Shown: positions 57,909-64,000 of the stretch, piece by piece
Numbering within the stretch: the first letter of the stretch is position 1
Layout: the number at the start of each line of letters is the position of its first letter
Origin: a candidate division FCPU426 bacterium
GTDB lineage: Bacteria; Oederibacteriota; Muellerivitia; Muellerivitales; Muellerivitaceae
Reading direction: 5' to 3'
Assembly: GCA_963719085.1 (NCBI GenBank)
Contig: CAVRAL010000004.1
Span: 416,001 to 480,000, forward strand
Length of the DNA stretch: 64,000 bases
Translations under genes and position numbers: made by a program
The notes under the pieces: generated by a model
What the model was told of the DNA's origin: nothing
Database searches by the model: none
The model's input: only the letters and a program-made list of their open reading frames with translations

Positions 57909-58910
57909 ATGCTTAGCCTGTCTCATGAAACCGTTTTAAAGACGTTCCTACTTTTGGCGGGGTTGGCCTTGGGCCATTCGTTTGCCTGCGCCGGTGAGCT
58001 TGCCTTTTCTAAGCCTGAGCAATTAACGACCATTCCCTGGTTCAACGGTTCTAACCAGGGCGTTTCCCCCAATGGACCTGAGTGGTTAGTAGTGGACAAC
58101 CAAAGACGTTATTGGCTGGAAGAGGGCACGGATTTTAGACTTTACACCAGCAACGGACATTATCTCCGGACTGTCTCCCCTCTTGATAAGCAGATGGATT
58201 TCTACGGATTGGCGTCGACGGAAGCACTACCAGATGGCCACATCATATTGTTACAACGACAGGAAACACGATCGGAACAAGAGCGGAAGTTTAATTATGA
58301 GAATCGATCACAGCCGGGAGTCCTATTGATCGTTCTCAAAAACGATGGAACAGTTGAAAAGGAGAAGGTGGAAGTTGACCCTCACGAACCCCATTCGGAT
58401 TATTACTTGGAAGGCCGAACCCTTTACAGCATCCATGATGACGGAACCTATGAGCAATTGGATTCCATTGGCTCCCGCTCCATAGACCATCATTTCGGAA
58501 ACTTCGCCGCTGTTGATGACCCAAAGAATTGGCTGGCCCATGTGAAGACACTACCGATCTTCCATTCCGAAAACAGGTATTACCAGGATATGAGCGGAAA
58601 ACTTCATGCGGACAAAAACGCGAAATCATTCCTGATGGGTCAGCCTTTTGTTGAAGGGACTTCCCCTTTGGCGGAAAGAAACGGGATTATCTATTACCGA
58701 GTGGTGTGTTGCCCTCTTGGCAATTTCACTCATAAGGTTTTCGTGGAGGACCCAATCCATAAGAACTATGCCCTTATTGACCTAGTGGCCGAGGACGAGG
58801 ACCTGGACGCCGCCAACAACCGTGCCCTTTTCGTAAATGAAAAGGGAGACTTGTTCGAAGGAGTCGCGGAAAAAGAAGGTTACAGGATTTATGAGTGGAA
58901 AATCCTCTAA
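57909..58910 (+). CDS. Hypothetical exported protein
   Basis: 333-aa ORF with signal peptide. Confidence 0.65.
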   Translation: MLSLSHETVLKTFLLLAGLALGHSFACAGELAFSKPEQLTTIPWFNGSNQGVSPNGPEWLVVDNQRRYWLEEGTDFRLYTSNGHYLRTVSPLDKQMDFYGLASTEALPDGHIILLQRQETRSEQERKFNYENRSQPGVLLIVLKNDGTVEKEKVEVDPHEPHSDYYLEGRTLYSIHDDGTYEQLDSIGSRSIDHHFGNFAAVDDPKNWLAHVKTLPIFHSENRYYQDMSGKLHADKNAKSFLMGQPFVEGTSPLAERNGIIYYRVVCCPLGNFTHKVFVEDPIHKNYALIDLVAEDEDLDAANNRALFVNEKGDLFEGVAEKEGYRIYEWKIL

Positions 58911-59060
58911 TGAAATGCAGATCGAATTATTTTTCCACGGACCGGAACAAAAGCACCGTTTCTTTTCTCTCGGAATTCATGTCTACCCCCGGGTTAAATG
59001 GTTGAATATCCGATTTCAGGATAACCGGTTAATAGGGCCATCGATATGACTTCGGTCATG

Positions 59061-59453
59061 TCAGCCTTCCCACAATAGGTAAATGGCCATGGCCATACCT
59101 ACTAAAATGAGGCAGGAGGCCGTGACCAAGCCCAGCCATGAAAAGCTGGGTTCGGGGTTCTCGCCCCGGTGGAAGCGTGAAATGAACCGGTAATAATCCA
59201 CCGTGGATCCAACCTGTATGAGGACACTCAAAAACACTAAGCTTGTGCCGATCCACATGGACCAACTAGGTTGGGCGGCGGCCTGAACGGGTTCGTTGAG
59301 CCGAATCATGCGCAGGAAGAGGCCGAAGCGGGCCACCACGAAGCCGAAACCCATCAGGGCCAAGCCGGTTCGTAGCCAAGCAAGGAAAGTGCGTTCCTTC
59401 GCCCAGTAGATCCGGGGGTCTTGGGTAGCCGAATTCTTTTTTTGTACTTTCAT
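59061..59453 (-). CDS. DUF202 (YidH-like) membrane protein
   Basis: DPR...A.ERTFLAWLRTGLALMGFGFVVARF. Confidence 0.9.
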   Translation of the reverse strand: MKVQKKNSATQDPRIYWAKERTFLAWLRTGLALMGFGFVVARFGLFLRMIRLNEPVQAAAQPSWSMWIGTSLVFLSVLIQVGSTVDYYRFISRFHRGENPEPSFSWLGLVTASCLILVGMAMAIYLLWEG

Positions 59454-59672
59454 GAGACTATTTTGAGGCCTGGACAAGCAAAAGGCCACTTTCTTTTTAA
59501 AGAGCCGAATAAAATAAGACAGCAGTCTCGATACACTTAATTTTTTGAAAAACGGAAACAGCATTTTTAAAACAAGCGCTTTTGAACGATATGGCGAGGT
59601 GTTCAGCGGGGCTTTCAAAACGCTCGTCGGTTTGGTGTTCTGGGTATGGCCTGTTCTTTAAAGGAGTTCCTG

Positions 59673-60290
59673 GTGCCGAATCGGGAAGAGCATTGGGAAA
59701 AGATCTATTCCGAGAAAAATCCGGATGAGGTGAGTTGGTTCCAGGAAGTCCCAAAAAAATCCCTCGACCTGATAAACCTGTCCGGAGTTTCAAAGGACGG
59801 GAATGTAATTGATGTTGGCGGGGGGGCATCGGTCTTGGTGGATCGCCTCTTGGAAAACGGGATGAAAAACATCACGGTTTTGGACATTTCCAGCAAGGCT
59901 CTCGAATATGCGAAAAAGAGGCTTGGAAACCGGGCCCAACAGGTGAAATGGGTGGTGGCCGACGTAACCCAATTCAACCCTTCGGAAAAGTTCGATTTAT
60001 GGCACGACAGGGCGGTTTTTCATTTTTTAACGGAGGCATCCGACCGTAAACGATATGCCGAAATAGTCGGCCATTCCATTAAACCCGGGGGCCATTTGAT
60101 CCTGGCTTCGTTCGCGTTGGACGGCCCGGACAAATGTAGTAACTTGCCGGTTTGCCGGTATGACGGCGAAATGATCGAACACGAGCTTGGAAATAATTTC
60201 AAATTGATTAAAGAAGATTCTGAAACCCATTTAACACCTTGGAAGAAAGAGCAAAAATTCAGGTATTTTTTATTCTCTAAAACATTATAA
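59673..60290 (+). CDS. Class I SAM-dependent methyltransferase
   Basis: HWEKIY..EVSWFQ, IDVGGG, LDIS, WHDRAVFHFL. Confidence 0.92.
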   Translation: MPNREEHWEKIYSEKNPDEVSWFQEVPKKSLDLINLSGVSKDGNVIDVGGGASVLVDRLLENGMKNITVLDISSKALEYAKKRLGNRAQQVKWVVADVTQFNPSEKFDLWHDRAVFHFLTEASDRKRYAEIVGHSIKPGGHLILASFALDGPDKCSNLPVCRYDGEMIEHELGNNFKLIKEDSETHLTPWKKEQKFRYFLFSKTL

Positions 60291-60416
60291 GACTGCTTTA
60301 GAACTGTTGTTTTCAAGCGATGGCCTTCCCCTGGCCTTTGCCTGCCTTTGTTGGTCCCTGCAACATCCTTCTCCGGGGCTTCGTCCCGGGTCCCCCACAA
60401 AACCCCTAAAAGCCCC

Positions 60417-60448
60417 TTGACCCTGAAGTATACTCCAGCATTTATACT
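60417..60448 (+). promoter_or_regulatory. MerR-type promoter/operator
   Basis: TTGACC-N20-TATACT with dyad CTGAAGTA|TACTCCAG in the spacer. Confidence 0.88.
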
Positions 60449-60465
60449 TTCCCCCGGAGTCGAAA

Positions 60466-60843
60466 ATGAAAATAAACGGATCGTTCTTACAAATCGGGCA
60501 AGTGTCCAAGCAAAGCGGGATGTCCATTGACACCATCCGGTATTACGAAAAGGAAGGCTTGCTGAAAAAACCGTCCCGAAGCGCGGGGGGATTCAGGCTT
60601 TACCCCAAGGAAGCCGTCGATCAATTGGTTTTCATCCGGAAGGCCCAGGGAATGGGCCTCACACTTGGCGAGATCAAGAAAATAACCTGTTGTGGGGACA
60701 AAGGGCTGGGGCCCTGTTGCGACCTGACCGTTGACCTGTTCACCAAGAAGATCAACGAGTTCGAGGCGAAGATTTCTGAAATTCAGGGGATGAAAAAGAA
60801 GTTAAAGACGGTTTTGGGCGGTTGGGTAAAAAACAAGAAGTAG
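60466..60843 (+). CDS. MerR-family regulator with two vicinal Cys pairs
   Basis: IGQVS..SG..IDTIRYYEKEGLL..R..GGFRLY, FIRKAQ.MGLTL.EI, CC-x7-CC. Confidence 0.93.
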   Translation: MKINGSFLQIGQVSKQSGMSIDTIRYYEKEGLLKKPSRSAGGFRLYPKEAVDQLVFIRKAQGMGLTLGEIKKITCCGDKGLGPCCDLTVDLFTKKINEFEAKISEIQGMKKKLKTVLGGWVKNKK

Positions 60844-60848
60844 GGGGA

Positions 60849-61268
60849 ATGGCTATGCGGGCTCACTTGTCCATCGATGTTGAGAATGTCGAAAAATCGG
60901 TTGAATTTTACGAGAAGGTTTTTGGCGAAAAACCCCAAAAACAATCCGATCACTACGCCAAGTTCGACCTCAAGAATCCCGCCCTGAACTTCTCCATGCA
61001 AAGCCATGTAGGGCATCCCTCCAGCCGGGTAAACCATCTTGGCATAGAGGTTGATTCTCCCCAGGACTTGGCCAATTGGCAGGCAAGACTGCAAGCCCAA
61101 GGGCTTGTGAAAAGGGTGGAAACCCAAACATCCTGTTGTTTCGCGCGGCAGGATAAGCTTTGGTTCGAGGACCCGGATGGCAATGCCTGGGAAGTCTTCC
61201 ACGTCTATGAACAACTGCCCCTCCACGCTTCCGCCATGAAAGACAGCCAGTGTTGCCCCAAACCCTGA
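60849..61268 (+). CDS. arsI: ArsI/CadI-family VOC metalloenzyme (putative C-As lyase)
   Basis: RAHLS, YAKF..P.LNF, NHLGIEV, TSCCFARQDKLW..DPDGNAWEVF. Confidence 0.85.
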   Translation: MAMRAHLSIDVENVEKSVEFYEKVFGEKPQKQSDHYAKFDLKNPALNFSMQSHVGHPSSRVNHLGIEVDSPQDLANWQARLQAQGLVKRVETQTSCCFARQDKLWFEDPDGNAWEVFHVYEQLPLHASAMKDSQCCPKP

Positions 61269-61942
61269 TTCTTTGGAAAAAATCTCTGGCCGAGGGCGTT
61301 GGGACCTTCACCCTCGTTTTCGCCGGATGTGGGGCCATCATGGTGGCCGAGAGGTATCCCGGAACCCTTTCACACGCTTCCATATCGATTGTCTTCGGCT
61401 TGGCGGTGGCCGTCATGATTTACGCCGTGGGCCATATCTCAGGGGCCCACTTTAATCCCGCCGTCACCCTAGCCTTCGCGGTCGCTAGGCACTTTCCCTT
61501 CCAGGAAGTCCTGGCTTATTGGACGGCCCAGCTCTTGGGCGGCTTGGCCGCGATCGGTGCCCTAAAGTTGATGCTCCCTCCCGGCCATTCTTACGGGGCG
61601 ACCGTCCCGACCGTGCCCCTCATACCGGCCTTGGCGTGGGAAATCATCCTGACTTTTTTCCTCATGTTCGTGATTGTGGCCGTGGCCACCGATACCCGGG
61701 CCGTGGGAACCATGGCCGGGGCGGCCATCGGGGGCACGGTCATGATGGCGGCTTGGGTTGGCGGGCCGATCACCGGTGCTTCCATGAATCCCGTCAGGTC
61801 GTTCGCCCCGGCGGTATTTGAGGGGCAGTTGGGAGTGATGTGGATTTACCTTTTGGGGCCTTGTCTGGGGGCGGTTCTAGCCGCATTGTTTTACGAGGCC
61901 ATCCGAATGACACCTGGCAACGGGAAAAACAATAAGGAGTAG
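61250..61942 (+). CDS. MIP-family channel (putative arsenite-conducting aquaglyceroporin)
   Basis: [26 protein letters not shown]. Confidence 0.92.
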   Translation: MLPQTLILWKKSLAEGVGTFTLVFAGCGAIMVAERYPGTLSHASISIVFGLAVAVMIYAVGHISGAHFNPAVTLAFAVARHFPFQEVLAYWTAQLLGGLAAIGALKLMLPPGHSYGATVPTVPLIPALAWEIILTFFLMFVIVAVATDTRAVGTMAGAAIGGTVMMAAWVGGPITGASMNPVRSFAPAVFEGQLGVMWIYLLGPCLGAVLAALFYEAIRMTPGNGKNNKE

Positions 61943-61946
61943 GCTT

Positions 61947-62351
61947 GTGAAAAAGATTCTTTTCATGTGTGTGGCCAATTCGGGAAGAAGCCAAATGGCT
62001 GAAGGGATGGCCAAAAAGCTCTTTGGGGACCGAGCTTTAATCCAAAGCGCCGGTTCTAAGCCTTCCGTCGTAAATCCTTTCGCCATCAAGGCCATGGCTG
62101 AAATCGGCATTGATATCACGGGCCAACGGTCAAAATCAGTGGATGAGATAGATCCGTCCACGGTGGATACGGTCATTACACTTTGTGCCGAAGAAGTGTG
62201 CCCTGTTTTCCTCGGAAAAGCTGAACGCCTGCACTGGCCCCATACGGACCCTGGGCATGGCAAAACCACGGACGAGGAAAAACTCCAAAGCTTCCGGGAG
62301 GTAAGGGATCAAATCCAAAACAGGTTAAAGGTTTTTAAAGAGACGTTATAA
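61947..62351 (+). CDS. arsC: Arsenate reductase, LMW-PTPase (thioredoxin) type
   Basis: [31 protein letters not shown]. Confidence 0.92.
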   Translation: MKKILFMCVANSGRSQMAEGMAKKLFGDRALIQSAGSKPSVVNPFAIKAMAEIGIDITGQRSKSVDEIDPSTVDTVITLCAEEVCPVFLGKAERLHWPHTDPGHGKTTDEEKLQSFREVRDQIQNRLKVFKETL

Positions 62352-62363
62352 GACCTAATTTTT

Positions 62364-63119
62364 TTATTTATTCTTTTGGTCGGGGCCCCATGTCCAATAA
62401 AGGGCTAAATACGAAACGGTTGTGTTCTGTCCGACTATGGAATGGCCCCCAGAAAACAGGAGACTGAAGTCCGGAGAAAAATTAAACTGCCCACCGATGT
62501 TTGCCAAAAGAAAGCCTTGATCTGCGTCCGTGTCCTGCCCTTGCGCGAAAAGTTCCCCTCCCAGGGTTAGTTGGCCGCTTAGGTCCCTTTGGAGAAGCCA
62601 ACCGCCAAAAGGATAATCGCGGGCACCGGGTGCCGAATTGAAAACATATCCCCCGCCGCCATAGGTGGTCCAAGGTCCCCAACTTTTCTGAATCCAGAGG
62701 GGCAACCTATACCAGATGAGTCCGTTTCCTAAACCCTTTGAAACGTCGCCGGTTGGGATTTCCACCATGGGGAAGATTCCAACCTGGGGATTGTCGGACC
62801 CTTCTTCAATAAACCTGAACTTAATGCCTGTTTCCGTATCCCCCAGTCCGTAAGCCGATCCATTGCCGCCGGGAGAGAAATAAGTAAGCGAAGTCAAAAT
62901 GTGGAGTTGGACGTCCGGCATTGCCCCCCAATTGAATTCCACGGCGGGCCCCTGGACTAAGGAATCTCCACCCGACTTATTCAGGGTCGAAAAAAGGTAA
63001 AACTCGTAATGGCCCGTGTCCACCGGTTCAGGGTCATCGGTTAAGAAGGGGGGACCGGCCCAAGCGGGGATAGCGCAGATGATAAGGGCACCAATGAATA
63101 GGCCATAAAATTTTCCCAT
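62364..63119 (-). CDS. Putative outer-membrane channel (GPPFxTDDPEP family)
   Basis: Signal peptide, GPPFLTDDPEP, GLGDTE.G.KFRF, P.G....GLGNG. Confidence 0.7.
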   Translation of the reverse strand: MGKFYGLFIGALIICAIPAWAGPPFLTDDPEPVDTGHYEFYLFSTLNKSGGDSLVQGPAVEFNWGAMPDVQLHILTSLTYFSPGGNGSAYGLGDTETGIKFRFIEEGSDNPQVGIFPMVEIPTGDVSKGLGNGLIWYRLPLWIQKSWGPWTTYGGGGYVFNSAPGARDYPFGGWLLQRDLSGQLTLGGELFAQGQDTDADQGFLLANIGGQFNFSPDFSLLFSGGHSIVGQNTTVSYLALYWTWGPDQKNK

Positions 63120-63138
63120 GAACCACCCCCTGCTTTTT

Positions 63139-64000
63139 TTAAACAATTCCAAATCCGGCCAATATCCCGGCAAGGACCACGACCAACCAGGGCGGAACCT
63201 TCCAAACAAGCAACGCCAAAAAGGCGATTAGCGCCGCGCAGAAATCCCGGGGACCAAGGATGGCGCTTTTCCAAACGGGGTTGTAGAAAGCCGCCAAAAG
63301 GAGCCCGACCACCGCCGAATTGATCCCCATCATCACTTTCTGCATCCCCTGGTAATGCCGCAGGCGGTCCCAAAAGGGGATGATCCCGATCACCAGCAAA
63401 AACGAGGGCAGGAATATTGCGACGACGGCGATGGCCGCTCCCAGCCAGCCCGAAGGGGTTTGGGTGGAAATGGCCCCCAGGTAGGCGGCAAAAGTGAATA
63501 AGGGGCCGGGAACGGCTTGGGCCGCTCCATAACCGGCCAGGAATAAATCGTTGGAAACCCAACCGCGAGCCACCACTTGTGATTGAAGCAAAGGGAGCAC
63601 AACATGCCCACCGCCGAATACCAGCGAGCCTGTCCGATAAAAAACGTCAAAAAGTTGAACCGTGTAGTTATTGAAATGGGCCGCCAGGATAGGAAGTGGA
63701 AAAAGAAGAAGAAAGAAAAGGGAAATTAATATGGCTCCCGTCGTTCGGCTGGTCCTTGTTTGGAGAAATCCTTTATGCGTTTCAGGTGAAAAAGGAAGGA
63801 GCGCCCAACCCGCAAGACCGCCCACCACAATGATTCCGATTTGGGCCAGGGGGCTTGGGATGAAAATGACGAGGGCGGCGGCGCAAACCGTGAAGGTGGC
63901 CCGAATTATATCCGGACTAAGCGTTTTACCCATGCCCCACAGGGCCTGAGCCACTACCGCTACGGCGACCAACTGAAGCCCGTGCAACCAGCCGGTTCCA
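63139..64000 (-). CDS. chrA: Chromate efflux transporter (5' part outside window)
   Basis: VAVAVVAQA, GSLVFGGGHVVLPLL, FLAGYGAAQAVPGP, IFLPSF. Confidence 0.93.
   Translation of the reverse strand, partial: GTGWLHGLQLVAVAVVAQALWGMGKTLSPDIIRATFTVCAAALVIFIPSPLAQIGIIVVGGLAGWALLPFSPETHKGFLQTRTSRTTGAILISLFFLLLFPLPILAAHFNNYTVQLFDVFYRTGSLVFGGGHVVLPLLQSQVVARGWVSNDLFLAGYGAAQAVPGPLFTFAAYLGAISTQTPSGWLGAAIAVVAIFLPSFLLVIGIIPFWDRLRHYQGMQKVMMGINSAVVGLLLAAFYNPVWKSAILGPRDFCAALIAFLALLVWKVPPWLVVVLAGILAGFGIV

Larger units (their letters stand above)
50575..64000. mobile_element. Probable genomic island beginning at tRNA-Asn (far end not in window)
   Basis: tRNA adjacency, arm-site-like repeats at 50750-50806, visibly altered composition, gene fragment, stress/metal cargo; no integrase seen. 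Confidence 0.5.

Noticed and set aside
59673..60290. ArsM arsenite methyltransferase
   Set aside because: Too short, lacks the ArsM cysteine pattern, and lies upstream of the MerR promoter.

Overview
Bacterial chromosomal segment, probably from a diderm (outer-membrane beta-barrel genes; many exported proteins with Thr/Pro-rich linkers and one FlgD-Ig tail; lineage not determined). Core genes: metH, tRNA-Ser/Ala/Arg cluster with tadA, SRP RNA (ffs)-dnaX-ybaB-(creD)-recR, apt, an RNB nuclease, msrA, an OmpR/kinase pair, glutathione peroxidase, a six-gene caa3-oxidase/Rieske-cyt b operon, and tRNA-Asn. Two accessory regions stand out. (1) An ~8.1 kb all-minus-strand block (about 12606-20713) lies between two decayed copies of the tRNA-Arg/ffs divergent promoter region and contains three direct-repeat ~48-bp sites with a dif-like 11-6-11 core that separate unrelated gene modules. 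(2) A probable island after tRNA-Asn carries an H+-ATPase, ppk2, an HPr-like gene, chrA and an arsI-aquaporin-arsC arsenic operon led by an atypical Cys-pair MerR regulator and a PzntA-like promoter instead of ArsR. Also seen: 5'-end tRNA duplications, two apparent pseudoenzymes and several REP/MITE-like inverted repeats. All product calls come from motif recognition by eye; no database searches were run.
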